Shown here piece by piece: positions 48,682 to 59,088 of a stretch of DNA of 64,000 bases; the first letter of the stretch is position 1; each line of letters opens with the position of its first letter. Origin of the DNA: an uncultured Gemmatimonadales bacterium (GTDB lineage Bacteria > Gemmatimonadota > Gemmatimonadetes > Gemmatimonadales > Gemmatimonadaceae); NCBI GenBank assembly GCA_963707505.1, contig CAVPQB010000002.1:64001-128000 (forward strand), in the 5' to 3' direction. A program made the translations under genes and the position numbers. Under the pieces are notes generated by a model. It was not told where the DNA came from. It worked only from the letters and a program-made list of their open reading frames with translations, and made no database searches.

Positions 48682-49368
48682 TCACTCACCCATGAGCTGG
48701 CGCAGCGTCGCCAGGTTCAGCGAGTGCCCACCGTTGAAGGCGTGCATCGCGTATGGTACCCCACTGCTCTCGAGAACTGCCCGCTGCTCTTCCACGGCAT
48801 CCTCGCCGATGAACCTGTCCCGCGTCCCGTACACCATGTCGATGGTGAGACGCGGCCTTCGCTCGGCGAGCGCGCGCAGGTTCACGTCCTGAGGGATGGC
48901 ATGGGCCCACGGAACCAGGTTGTCGATCACCGCCGACCCGCGTGCGGCCCACCTCGAAACCGCCGGCCCGCCCTGCGAGAAGCCCAGCGCATGCACCCGG
49001 ATCCGGTCCCGATCGACGCCATGGCTGGCCAGCTCCTCCAGGATCCGCTCATACAGCTTGTCCAGATAGTTGACAATGTCAACTATCTCCGTCTCCCTGT
49101 CCTCGCGGGTCAGCCACAGCGCCCCGACCTTGCTGGCGCCTGAATGGCCAGGTCTCGTATCGAGGTAGAACTTGGACAGGCCCTCGGGGACCACGATCAG
49201 TCTCGAATCGGCTTCCAGAGGCTGGAAAGGAACGGCAAAATCGGCCGCCAGCTGACTGAAGCCGTGCAGAACTACCCACAGATCCCGGACGAGAGGGTTC
49301 GGCGTGCCGATCTGGTAGTAGCGAGCGGTCTTTACGACCGGAAAGTGGATGGGTATGAGTGGTTGCAT
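48682..49368 (-). CDS. Alpha/beta hydrolase (phospholipase/carboxylesterase-like)
   Basis: VLHGFSQ, PEGLSKFY, GFSQG nucleophile, GTRD, FNGGH. Confidence 0.88.
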   Translation of the reverse strand: MQPLIPIHFPVVKTARYYQIGTPNPLVRDLWVVLHGFSQLAADFAVPFQPLEADSRLIVVPEGLSKFYLDTRPGHSGASKVGALWLTREDRETEIVDIVNYLDKLYERILEELASHGVDRDRIRVHALGFSQGGPAVSRWAARGSAVIDNLVPWAHAIPQDVNLRALAERRPRLTIDMVYGTRDRFIGEDAVEEQRAVLESSGVPYAMHAFNGGHSLNLATLRQLMGE

Positions 49369-49492
49369 GTGACGTTGGTCGGTTAGGCCCAATTATAGCG
49401 TTATCCCCGCCTCTGAGGCTGGCCAACCCGGGACATGTCGGGCGCACCGGCCAGCGGGAATTCCTTCGCCCGCCAATTCTACTCAATCCGAC

Positions 49493-51349
49493 GTGTCGCT
49501 TCGTCTCAAGCTCACAGCTGCCCTCGGGGTAGCACTCGTAATTCTGCTCGTCGGTGTCGCGTCACTCTATGCACTGAGGCAATCGACCAACGCCGCAGCC
49601 GCGGTCGAGCATTCGGAGATGGTTCGAGTGCAGCTGGAGCGCGCGCTCACGACCATTGTGAACGCCGAAACAGGCCAGCGCGGCTACCTCATCACACAGG
49701 ACACCGACTACCTCGCACCGTACACTTCCGCGCGCACGGACCTGGACCACGAGATTGCATCGATCCGCGCGCTCACCGCAGACAGTCCGCTCCAGCAAAG
49801 TCGCATCGACTCGCTGGCGCTCATAGCGGACGCCAAGCTGGTCACTATGAACGAAACCGTAGTGTTGACGCAATCGGGCAATCGCGACTCCGCGCTCAAG
49901 ATCGTCATGACGGGGCGCGGGGCCGAGCTGACGCGCCGTGCACGCAGCATGATCGACGAGATGGAAGCGACGCAGGCAGAGCAGCTCACAGAGCGCATCA
50001 ACATCTACAACAGCCGAAAGCTTGCCGTAACGCTCGTGACGGTCATCGGCAGTCTGCTCGCTGCCACGCTCTCCATTCTCACGATGCTGTGGCTGCGCAG
50101 CGGGATAAAACAGCTGGAGGAGGCCAAGGATACGATCGAGGACCAATCGGTGAAGTTGGGGGATGAGCTGAGCAGATCGCAGTCGCTCACAGACAGGCTC
50201 GCAGCCAGCAACGATGATCTGCAACAGGCGAACACCGCTGCCGAGAGCGCGCGCGTGCGCTTCGAGCAACTGCTACAGTCGACGGACGAGGCGATTTTCG
50301 GAATGGACGCCGCTGGCATGTGTACTTTCATCAACGCGTCGGGCGCGCGGTTGCTCGGCTACGAGCGTAACGAATTGCTCGGCAGAAACATGCATGAAGT
50401 CCTGCATCACCACCGCGCCGATGGATCTCCATACCCGATCGAGCAATGCCCCATACACAAGGCGATGCTCGATGGAACTTCAGTTCGAATTGCAGATGAG
50501 GTGTTCTGGACTCGTACCGGTCGCGGGGTGCCGGTGGAGTACACTTCATCGCCAATCCTGAGCAGCGGCCGAACCGTTGGTGCGGTGATCGCCTTCAATG
50601 ACATCACCTTTCGCAAGCGCGCCGAGCGCGAGCGCGAGCGTCTCATCGGCGCACTTGCACGCAGCAATCAGGAACTGGACCAGTTCGCGTACGTTGCATC
50701 GCACGATCTCAAGGCGCCGCTGCGTGGCATCGCGAACCTGTCACAATGGATCGAGGAGGATCTGGGCGACAACGTTCCACCGGACGTCTCGGAGAAGATG
50801 GCACTCGTACGGGGCCGCGTGCAGCGACTGGAATCGCTCATCGACGGTATTCTGCAGTACTCCCGCGCCGGCCGCGTGCGCTCGGCGGTCGAGCCCGTCG
50901 ACGTGGAGCTGCTCGTGAAGGATGTGGTCGAGCTGTTGGCACCACCGCCAGACGTCACCGTTACGATCGAAGCTGGCATGCCGACGATCAGGACCGAGCG
51001 CACGCCGCTTCAACAGGTGTTCATGAACCTCATCAACAACGCGATCAAGTACAACCGGCGTCCTGGTGCCCGAATCACGGTATCGTCGCGCGACGCGGGC
51101 AATATGTATGCATTCAGTGTCACGGACAACGGCCCGGGAATCGAGCCGGAATATCACGACCGAATCTTCGGCATCTTCCAGACGCTCGAATCGCGTGACC
51201 GGGTCGAGGGTACTGGTATAGGACTATCCGTGGTAAAGAAAACCGTCGAGCTACACGGTGGGTCGGTAACCGTACATTCCGCGCTCGGGGAAGGAGCTAT
51301 CTTCACTTTTGAATGGCCCAAGAGCGCCGAGGAGACAACCGCAGCATGA
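49493..51349 (+). CDS. CHASE3-PAS sensor histidine kinase
   Basis: NAETGQRGYL, PAS domain, FAYVASHDLKAPL, NLINNAIKY, GTGIGL. Confidence 0.93.
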   Translation: MSLRLKLTAALGVALVILLVGVASLYALRQSTNAAAAVEHSEMVRVQLERALTTIVNAETGQRGYLITQDTDYLAPYTSARTDLDHEIASIRALTADSPLQQSRIDSLALIADAKLVTMNETVVLTQSGNRDSALKIVMTGRGAELTRRARSMIDEMEATQAEQLTERINIYNSRKLAVTLVTVIGSLLAATLSILTMLWLRSGIKQLEEAKDTIEDQSVKLGDELSRSQSLTDRLAASNDDLQQANTAAESARVRFEQLLQSTDEAIFGMDAAGMCTFINASGARLLGYERNELLGRNMHEVLHHHRADGSPYPIEQCPIHKAMLDGTSVRIADEVFWTRTGRGVPVEYTSSPILSSGRTVGAVIAFNDITFRKRAERERERLIGALARSNQELDQFAYVASHDLKAPLRGIANLSQWIEEDLGDNVPPDVSEKMALVRGRVQRLESLIDGILQYSRAGRVRSAVEPVDVELLVKDVVELLAPPPDVTVTIEAGMPTIRTERTPLQQVFMNLINNAIKYNRRPGARITVSSRDAGNMYAFSVTDNGPGIEPEYHDRIFGIFQTLESRDRVEGTGIGLSVVKKTVELHGGSVTVHSALGEGAIFTFEWPKSAEETTAA

Positions 51350-51774
51350 GTATCGAACGAACGCTGAATCTGGTCCTCGTCGAAGATGACGAGATTGACG
51401 TGATGAATGTCCGACGAGCTCTGGAGCGCGCGCACGTGACGAACCCGGTGTTCGTGGCGCACAACGGACTCGAGGGGTTGGAGCTGCTTCGTAGCAACAC
51501 CGTGCCGAAGGATCGGCGGCTCGTGCTGCTCGATCTCAACATGCCGAGGATGAATGGAATCGAGTTCCTCCGCGAGCTCAGGAAGGATCCATCCCTGCGT
51601 TCCACACCCGTCGTGGTGTTGACAACATCGGACGACGATCGCGACAAGATTCAGGCATACGACCTGAACGTCGCGGGATATCTGCTCAAGCCGGTGACGT
51701 TCGTCAACTTCGTGGATGTGATGGCGGCGCTCAACAAGTACTGGGCGCTGGTCGAGCTACCCGAGCTGCGTTGA
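51346..51774 (+). CDS. Single-domain response regulator (Rcp1-like)
   Basis: VEDDEID, LLDLNMPRMNG, VLTTSDD, YLLKPV. ATGA overlap. Confidence 0.92.
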   Translation: MSIERTLNLVLVEDDEIDVMNVRRALERAHVTNPVFVAHNGLEGLELLRSNTVPKDRRLVLLDLNMPRMNGIEFLRELRKDPSLRSTPVVVLTTSDDDRDKIQAYDLNVAGYLLKPVTFVNFVDVMAALNKYWALVELPELR

Positions 51775-51792
51775 CACGTCACTGATGACTTC

Positions 51793-53310
51793 GTGCACGA
51801 GCCTGCGTTGAGCATGCAACCGCTGTCGATCTTGCTGGTTGACGATGACGAGGTGGACAGGCTTGCTCTTCGCCGCGCGCTCGGCAAGGCGAGCCTCGGC
51901 GAGCTCCTGATCGTCGAAGCGGAGCGGGCGCGCGATGCGTTCACGCAGATCACGAACAAATCGTTCGATTGTGCCTTCTTCGATTTCCGCCTGCCCGATC
52001 GTGACGGTGTGACGTTGTTGCGCGATGTGCGGATGGCGGGCGTGCATACTCCTGTCATCGTGCTGACGGGGTTCGGCGATGAGCAGACGGTACTTGATGC
52101 AATGAAGGCAGGTGCGACCGATTACGTCGCCAAGTCTGCCGTCTCGCCAGAACGTATCGGGCAGGTAGTACGCTCAGCTGTGCGGTTGGCCGCGGCCGAA
52201 CGGCAAGCAGACGCGGCTCGGGCGGCACATGAGCGCTACGCGAATCAGCTACTCGGGTTGACTGATGCAGCAGTTGCTGTCAACCGTGCGGAGAACGTTT
52301 GCGACCTGCTCGACGCGGCCGCCATGCATGCGTGCCTCATCACAGGCGCGCCGGCGGCGTGTGTCACACTCGGCAGAAGCGCGATGAGCGATCTTTTCGA
52401 TGATGATGACAAGGACGGCTGGTATTCGGTCGACGGTAATGCGCCGCAGGACATATCCTCGCCAATAGAGATTCCACTCCCTGGTCGCGGCGATCAGCCT
52501 ATCGGCAAGATCATGCTGGAGGTGTGGGCACATCGTGGGAGTGACGTCGCGGTATTGAATCAGCTTGCGCGTCTGGTTGGTGGCGCACTCGAGACCGTAC
52601 GACTCTACCGCGCGGCGCAACGCGCGACTCAGGCGCGGAATGACGTACTGGCGATCGTCTCGCACGATCTTCGCAATCCGCTGCACACGATTGTTCTCAG
52701 TGCGTCGTATCTGGCCGAGGTGTTTCTTCAGGACCTGCCGGAAGCGGCACTTCAGCAGACGCAGATCATACGGCGCGCGGTCGATCGTGCAAACCGGCTG
52801 ATTCAGGACCTGCTCGACGTCTCACGAATCGACGCGGGGGCATTCTCCGTGGCCAGTGAGCCGATCGCGCCGGAAGTGCTGCTCGCCGACGCATGCGAAG
52901 CGATGGCGCCCGCCGCTGGCGCCGCAAATGTGCAGCTCGCCTGTTGCAGTGACGATACCGATCTGCCCGACGTGATGGCGGATCGCGAGCGGCTGCAACA
53001 GGTATTCAGCAATCTCATCGGAAATGCGATAAAATTCACACCGGCCGGCGGAAGGATCGACGTCACTGCGAGCGCCAACGGCCCATTCAATGTCCGCTTC
53101 TCCGTTCGTGATAGCGGACCGGGCATGAGTCCGGAGAATTTGCCACACATCTTCGACAGGTTCTGGCAGGCGACCCATGGTGAGCGTACTGGTGCAGGGC
53201 TGGGACTCGCGATCGCCAAGGGGATCGTCGAAGCTCATGACGGCACGATCTGGGCGCGTAGCGAACCGGGACACGGTGCCGAGATCGCGTTCGACCTGCC
53301 CGTGGCATGA
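51793..53310 (+). CDS. Hybrid REC-(GAF-like)-histidine kinase
   Basis: N-terminal REC; VSHDLRNPL, NLIGNAIKFT, GAGLGL. Confidence 0.9.
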   Translation: MHEPALSMQPLSILLVDDDEVDRLALRRALGKASLGELLIVEAERARDAFTQITNKSFDCAFFDFRLPDRDGVTLLRDVRMAGVHTPVIVLTGFGDEQTVLDAMKAGATDYVAKSAVSPERIGQVVRSAVRLAAAERQADAARAAHERYANQLLGLTDAAVAVNRAENVCDLLDAAAMHACLITGAPAACVTLGRSAMSDLFDDDDKDGWYSVDGNAPQDISSPIEIPLPGRGDQPIGKIMLEVWAHRGSDVAVLNQLARLVGGALETVRLYRAAQRATQARNDVLAIVSHDLRNPLHTIVLSASYLAEVFLQDLPEAALQQTQIIRRAVDRANRLIQDLLDVSRIDAGAFSVASEPIAPEVLLADACEAMAPAAGAANVQLACCSDDTDLPDVMADRERLQQVFSNLIGNAIKFTPAGGRIDVTASANGPFNVRFSVRDSGPGMSPENLPHIFDRFWQATHGERTGAGLGLAIAKGIVEAHDGTIWARSEPGHGAEIAFDLPVA

Positions 53311-53361
53311 ACGACGGATTGCGAAGCATCGATCGCACCGCCAGCGCACGCGCGTATCACC

Positions 53362-53982
53362 ATGACTGAACGAAAACACGGCATATCAGCTCCAAAGACG
53401 GATAGCAAGATCAGCGGAGAGGATTGGTACGGCCGGGACATCTCGGGCCAGATCCACGAGCGAGTTGCGTTCATCGATCTCGGGTTGACGGAGACAATCG
53501 ATACCGGCGCGACATTCAACGAATGCACATTTCGACGTACCAGGTTCAACGCGTCGGCTCATACCGATGCAGCGTTCGTGAACTGTACATTCGTGGGGTG
53601 TAGTTTCTTCGATGTGACCTTCACTGGATGCAAGCTCGTCGGAAGCATGTTCGACCGATGCAGCTTCGATCTCATGAAGGTCGATGGAGGGAACTGGTCC
53701 TTCGTCGGCCTGCCAGGCGCTGACCTGCGCACCGCGTCATTCAATGACGTGCGGATGCGAGAAGCAGATCTCACCGGAGCTCGATGTCACGGTTCGATCA
53801 TTCGCGGCGTCGATCTGTCGGGTGCGTGGTTACACAGTGCCGATCTTTCAGAGTGTGACTTACGCGGAAGTGACCTGAGTTCGCTCGAGCCGGCCACCGT
53901 CGAGCTCAAGGGAGCGATCATTACAATGAGTCAGGCGACCGCCATCGCGATGGCGCTCGGCCTGGACGTGCAGGCCGAATAG
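53362..53982 (+). CDS. Pentapeptide repeat protein (MfpA/Qnr-like)
   Basis: Repeats ATFNE/CTFRR/TRFNA, ADLRT/ASFND/ADLTG/ADLSE/CDLRG. Confidence 0.88.
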   Translation: MTERKHGISAPKTDSKISGEDWYGRDISGQIHERVAFIDLGLTETIDTGATFNECTFRRTRFNASAHTDAAFVNCTFVGCSFFDVTFTGCKLVGSMFDRCSFDLMKVDGGNWSFVGLPGADLRTASFNDVRMREADLTGARCHGSIIRGVDLSGAWLHSADLSECDLRGSDLSSLEPATVELKGAIITMSQATAIAMALGLDVQAE

Positions 53983-53984
53983 AG

Positions 53985-56927
53985 CTACGAAGACTGTACG
54001 ACCGCTGTTGCGTTGAGTGCTTCACGCACCTTCGCGGTAAGACCTTCCGGTGTGAATGGCTTCTGAATAAAGACACTTCCGGAATCGACCAGCCTCTGGC
54101 GGAGCGATGTCTGCTCCGTATATCCCGACATCACCAGCACCGCGATGTTCGGCTCGCGCTCCCGGATTCGTGTCGTCAGCTCACCGCCGCTCATCTCCGG
54201 CATGATCATGTCAGTCAACAGTAGGTCGACGCTGTGTCCGATCCTGTCGTGAATTGCGAGCGCCTCGCCACCATCGGCCGCAGAGTAGATGGTGTAGCCA
54301 GCACGCTCCAGGATGCGGGTAGCTGTCGTGCGCACTGCGTCGTCGTCTTCAACCAGTAGAATTGTCTCCGCGCCGCGCGTGACCGTGCTCACCGGGGCGT
54401 TAGCGACATTCGCCTCTGGCTCCGACTGTACGAGCGGTAGATAGACCTTGAATGTTGCGCCGATTCCCGGCTCGCTCTGCACCGCGATATAACCGCCGGA
54501 CTGTGTGATGATGCCATGGGCGGTCGATAGACCAAGTCCGGTTCCCTTTCCATACTCCTTGGTCGTGAAGAATGGCTCGAAGATCCGCGACTGAATCGAT
54601 TGTGGGATACCGCAACCTGTATCGCTCACGGCGAGTGTCACGTAGTCACCCGGCGCGGCCCCAGCGCACTCACTGCCATCCACGCCGTCGAGTCGGGCAT
54701 CTCTGGTCTCGATGACGAGCTCGCCGCCTTCGGGCATTGCATCGCGGGCGTTGACTATGAGATTCATCAGCACCTGCTCCAGCTGGCCGGGATCTGCGTT
54801 GACCCATCCAAGCGATCGATCGAGTGTCAGGACGACCTTGATATCTGCCGGAAGGACGCGGCGCAGCATCTGCTCCATCCCTTCCACCACCTCGTTGAGA
54901 TCGAGCACGCGCGGCTCCAACATCTGCTGACGACTGAATGCAAGCAATTGACGCGTGAGCACGCCAGCACGATCGGCAGCGCTCATTATCTCCTTGATGT
55001 CGGGGCGGATCGGCTCGTCCTTGGGAAGCTCGGAGAGAAGTAGCCCGGCGTATCCTGTAACGACGGTCAGAAGATTGTTGAAGTCGTGCGCGATTCCACC
55101 GGCGAGTTGGCCGACGGCGTCCATCTTCTGAGCATGCCGCAACTGAGCCTCGAGCTTCGCACGCTCGGAAAGATCAGCCGCCAGCAACACGAACCCGCTC
55201 GGTTCCGATTGTGCGTTTCTGACAACGCCGACCGAAAGGCTCAGATCAACCAGAGAACCATCGCGGCGCATGCGCTGTGCATGGACGTCGATGAACCGTC
55301 CCTCGCGCAATGCCCGTGTGCGACTGCGCGCAATTTCTGGCAACATTGTTTCCGATGCGAGTGGGTATGGCTTGCCGATGACTTCCTCGGCTGTCCAACC
55401 AAACAGTCGCTCGGCGGCACCGTTCCACTGCATCACCTGGAGGTTCAGATCTGTCGCTATTATCGCCACTGGCGAACTGTCGAACAGAGCGCGAATGAAC
55501 TCGTTCGATGCACGCAATGCGCTTTCCGCTTCCTTACGTGCGTCGATGTCGCGACTTGCAGTCACCAGCTCGATCACGTTGCCCCACACCGGATCGCGTA
55601 TCGCACGCCCAGTGGTCTCCAGCCAGATGGAACGACCATCGGCGTGACGCAAGCGATGCTCCACGCGGTACGCCCCGTCCGTCACACGCAACTGGTCGAG
55701 GATTTGATCCATTGTAGTTGGATCATCGTTGCCGCTCAACTCGGTGAGATGTCGACCTTCCAGTTGGCGCGGCCGATAACCGAGAGTTTGATATACGGCG
55801 GGCGACACGTACACGATGCGGCCGTCCGGAGCATGGCGCACGATGATGTCCGTCGCGTTGTCAGCCAGTAGTCGATACCGAACTTCGGATTCCGCCGTTT
55901 CTCGATGCTTGCGCTCACGCGAGGTCTGGCGGCGCGCGATTGTGATGATCGCGATCATGAAGATGATCGCCGCCGCAGTGGACAACTCCGTGGCAAGCCT
56001 GGAGTCCACTGATGCGAATACAACGTCTGTCAGTTCTCGGCGGCGCAGCCCCCACGGCATATCATCGATGCGCGTCGCGAATTCGACACGCGAGTCAGAG
56101 ACTGTGGCGGTGGTGTCCGGCTGTACCAGGAAAGCCGCGCGCGCCGATCGAGGGGCCAGCGCCGCCGGCCACGCGCCCTGGAGCCTGCCACGCGCGCGAT
56201 CGGGGGTTAGCGTGAGCTCGTAGATCGAATCGTCGATCCCCGCGACGAGAGAGGCTGCTTCGGTTGCAGTGCGGTCTGACCACGCGGAGATAACAGTCAG
56301 CAGCGGCGCAGCATCGCTGGTGAGCACTACCGACCCGATGATCCGACCGGTGATCGGGCTCTGGCCGGTCCGTGGTGGAGCGGCAATGACGCGGTGCGCG
56401 AATGCGACCGCGAGTTTCTGCGGGCCCAGTGGGAATGGTCCGACTATCCGCCCGGAATCGGTAGCGAGCGATGCCATCGCCGCCTTTCGAACCGCGGCAG
56501 GCGGGGGTTGAGAGGAAATTGTTCCGACAACATTTCCCCGGCGGTCCAGGAGCCAGACTCCGTTGAATCCATGGAGCTGGTTGAGCGTTGTCATGCTCTG
56601 CGTCAGCCTGCTCCTGATGGAATCTGGCGACGGTACGGGATGCGTCGGCCGCGGAATACCAAACAGCTCGCTGCTCTGACCAGCCGAGATCGCCAGCAGT
56701 TTCGCATCGGCTTGGCGCGGCCGGAGCCAGTTGGATGCGTTGGCGCCGGCGAGGCGAGCGATCATGGACGACCGCGTTGCCCAGGAGTGCACGGAATCCT
56801 GACGGAGGATATGCCGGCGCAGAGCAGCAGCGGATGCGAAACTGACCGTAGTCGCCGCAATTATCGCGACGGTCCGCCATGGACGGCTACGGAATGATTC
56901 CACAAGCTGCAACTGGTCCTCAGGCAT
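53985..56927 (-). CDS. Membrane PAS-PAS hybrid histidine kinase/response regulator (CckA-like)
   Basis: QKMDAVGQLAGGIAHDFNNLL, NARDAMP, FFTTKE.GKGTGLGL, C-terminal REC domain. Confidence 0.93.
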   Translation of the reverse strand: MPEDQLQLVESFRSRPWRTVAIIAATTVSFASAAALRRHILRQDSVHSWATRSSMIARLAGANASNWLRPRQADAKLLAISAGQSSELFGIPRPTHPVPSPDSIRSRLTQSMTTLNQLHGFNGVWLLDRRGNVVGTISSQPPPAAVRKAAMASLATDSGRIVGPFPLGPQKLAVAFAHRVIAAPPRTGQSPITGRIIGSVVLTSDAAPLLTVISAWSDRTATEAASLVAGIDDSIYELTLTPDRARGRLQGAWPAALAPRSARAAFLVQPDTTATVSDSRVEFATRIDDMPWGLRRRELTDVVFASVDSRLATELSTAAAIIFMIAIITIARRQTSRERKHRETAESEVRYRLLADNATDIIVRHAPDGRIVYVSPAVYQTLGYRPRQLEGRHLTELSGNDDPTTMDQILDQLRVTDGAYRVEHRLRHADGRSIWLETTGRAIRDPVWGNVIELVTASRDIDARKEAESALRASNEFIRALFDSSPVAIIATDLNLQVMQWNGAAERLFGWTAEEVIGKPYPLASETMLPEIARSRTRALREGRFIDVHAQRMRRDGSLVDLSLSVGVVRNAQSEPSGFVLLAADLSERAKLEAQLRHAQKMDAVGQLAGGIAHDFNNLLTVVTGYAGLLLSELPKDEPIRPDIKEIMSAADRAGVLTRQLLAFSRQQMLEPRVLDLNEVVEGMEQMLRRVLPADIKVVLTLDRSLGWVNADPGQLEQVLMNLIVNARDAMPEGGELVIETRDARLDGVDGSECAGAAPGDYVTLAVSDTGCGIPQSIQSRIFEPFFTTKEYGKGTGLGLSTAHGIITQSGGYIAVQSEPGIGATFKVYLPLVQSEPEANVANAPVSTVTRGAETILLVEDDDAVRTTATRILERAGYTIYSAADGGEALAIHDRIGHSVDLLLTDMIMPEMSGGELTTRIREREPNIAVLVMSGYTEQTSLRQRLVDSGSVFIQKPFTPEGLTAKVREALNATAVVQSS

Positions 56928-57120
56928 CAGATTGTCCTGGGAAATAAAAAGTGCTTGGCTCGGACTAAGACAGTCAAACGGATGCTTACGCTACGGCCGG
57001 ATCTCCTTCTGAGGTCTCGGCGCCTTGCAACCAGACTTGACCGCTGCTGGTAATCGGCAGCGCAGTTTCCACTCGATCACCACATCCCCAATCTATCTCC
57101 CCTTATTCCGCCCGCCATCG

Positions 57121-57705
57121 CTACACGCGATCCTTCGGCCGCAGGACCAGACCCAGGCTCACAAGGGCCAGTATCAGTGCAATCCATTGCACCCACTGCA
57201 CGGAGGTTTCGGAGGTTACTGGTGCCGACGAGGCGATCGAATCAACGGGCGCGATAGTCGTGACGGACGCCGGGGTCCTGGATCCCTTCTCACCAGTCCA
57301 ATCGACGCGCTCGATGCCCGTGTAGGTCTGGTAAACCGGCCAGATCAGTTGCGTTGCCGTCTTGGGGTTCGCCGCCATGAATGGGAACTCCACAAATCGT
57401 TGCGGCGCGAGCGTGCCTGTCCACACCGCCCCCACGATTCGTTTCGCCGAATCGGTAAGAATCTGGAGCTGCCATCCGGGAACGTCCTCGAATGCGGTGA
57501 TGCGCACTCCATCGGGGAAATGGATCTCCACCCGTGTCGTGGCGACCGCCTTCTCATTCGGAACACGCAGCACGTAACGCTCGTACGCGCCGGTCGCAGA
57601 TTTCTTGGGATACACGACAGCGTGCGCCAACGCGATCGACGGCGCTAGCGATGCAATCGCGCTGACCAGTATGAGTACATGAAGCAAGCGACGCTGGACG
57701 TTCAT
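57121..57705 (-). CDS. YcnI/DUF1775 copper-binding protein
   Basis: Signal ALA-HAVV, LRVPNE, PGW, W..YQTY....DW, C-terminal TM segment. ATGA overlap with copCD. Confidence 0.88.
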   Translation of the reverse strand: MNVQRRLLHVLILVSAIASLAPSIALAHAVVYPKKSATGAYERYVLRVPNEKAVATTRVEIHFPDGVRITAFEDVPGWQLQILTDSAKRIVGAVWTGTLAPQRFVEFPFMAANPKTATQLIWPVYQTYTGIERVDWTGEKGSRTPASVTTIAPVDSIASSAPVTSETSVQWVQWIALILALVSLGLVLRPKDRV

Positions 57706-59087
57706 TGATCGGATGTGTGAATGTGTGAAGAAGAGTGCACTACTGCGTGATGCGGAGGCGATACATACGCGAGCAATCCTCCGAGCAACACGACGATACA
57801 CATCACCGCGACTTCGCTGCGTATCGCAGCGGTAAAGCGGCCGGAAATGGCGGCTCCGTTTGCCAGACGGGGCAACACCCGATAGCGATGATTAGCGCCG
57901 AAGGCAAGGAGAACAAGAAGCCCCACGATCTTGGCGAGCAACACTGCGCCATACGCAGACCGGAACAGATCCCATGGGGATGACATGAACAGCAACGCTT
58001 GCAACACGCCAGAAAGGATTACCGCGATTGCGGCAACGAGTGCAATCGTCGAGACACGTAACGCATCGCGTATGAATGTGTCAGTCGCGTCGCGATCATA
58101 CGCAATGAGATAGAGCAACGCGCCGAGCCACGCTCCGCCCGCCAGAAGATGCAGTGCCCTTGCCGGCTCGGTCCACATCGGGTCGATTGCTGCCGAATGA
58201 CCGCTCGCACCGCTCACCACGAGTGCAGCAACCGCGAAGAACAGCGCAAGCCGCGGACGCCTCGCGATCGCAACGGCCCACAGAACGAGGATGGCGAGTC
58301 CGGTACGCCAGATCTCGATCCTCCCGATGCTGCTTGCAAGAAGCGCCGATGTCGAATCACTTGCAAGCCGGTGATCCGGCGTCGCATTCATGATCCAGGC
58401 GCCGAAGTGCAACGCGAGTAGAATCGCCGCAGCGATCGAGAGCCGGGTCGCAAGTCGTGCCGGTCTGCGCTGCACGCGCACAGTCGCCGTGCGCGGCCAC
58501 GACAGGCAGAAAAGCAAACCCGCGACCGCCATGAGAAATCCGAGTCCGAGCCCGCGCAGCGCGGCTGGCACGATCGGAGCTCCGATAACGGTCGGGCCCC
58601 AGGTCGATGGTGTGTTCAGAGCGGCGGGCGAAACCGGCGGAGCCTGTGCAGAGGAATCGCCTATCCAGAAGATGATATTGCCTTCGACCGGATGACCGTC
58701 GGCCGAAACGACTCGCCATACAAGCCGATAGGATCCCGGTGCGAGCGATCCGACCGGCGCAGCTATCGCGTGTACGTCATGCGGATCTCCGGCAACGACA
58801 AGCCGCGTGACGCTGCCGTCATCCGCGACGAGCGAAAGTCGCGCCAGCGTCGGCTCGATTTCCTCACTGAACAGCAGGCGCACGCGTGACGGCCCAACCG
58901 ACAGATGCGCGTTGGCGGCCGGCGCGGAGCTTACGAGCGAGGCATGCGCGTGCGCGACGGACCTGGTGGCAAACAGCATGACCAGGCTACCGAAAACGAC
59001 GAATGCAACACTCTGCACACATGCCATGCACCGCGCGTGCGCAAAATGGCGTACGTTCGTTCGTTTCGCGCTGGTCACGTGTGGCAT
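57702..59087 (-). CDS. CopC-CopD fusion (YcnJ-like) copper uptake protein
   Basis: AHA-HASLVSSAP, WRVVSADGH, SGHS, HLLAGGAWLG, YG.VLLAK. Confidence 0.9.
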   Translation of the reverse strand: MPHVTSAKRTNVRHFAHARCMACVQSVAFVVFGSLVMLFATRSVAHAHASLVSSAPAANAHLSVGPSRVRLLFSEEIEPTLARLSLVADDGSVTRLVVAGDPHDVHAIAAPVGSLAPGSYRLVWRVVSADGHPVEGNIIFWIGDSSAQAPPVSPAALNTPSTWGPTVIGAPIVPAALRGLGLGFLMAVAGLLFCLSWPRTATVRVQRRPARLATRLSIAAAILLALHFGAWIMNATPDHRLASDSTSALLASSIGRIEIWRTGLAILVLWAVAIARRPRLALFFAVAALVVSGASGHSAAIDPMWTEPARALHLLAGGAWLGALLYLIAYDRDATDTFIRDALRVSTIALVAAIAVILSGVLQALLFMSSPWDLFRSAYGAVLLAKIVGLLVLLAFGANHRYRVLPRLANGAAISGRFTAAIRSEVAVMCIVVLLGGLLAYVSPPHHAVVHSSSHIHTSDQ

Positions 59088-59088
59088 A

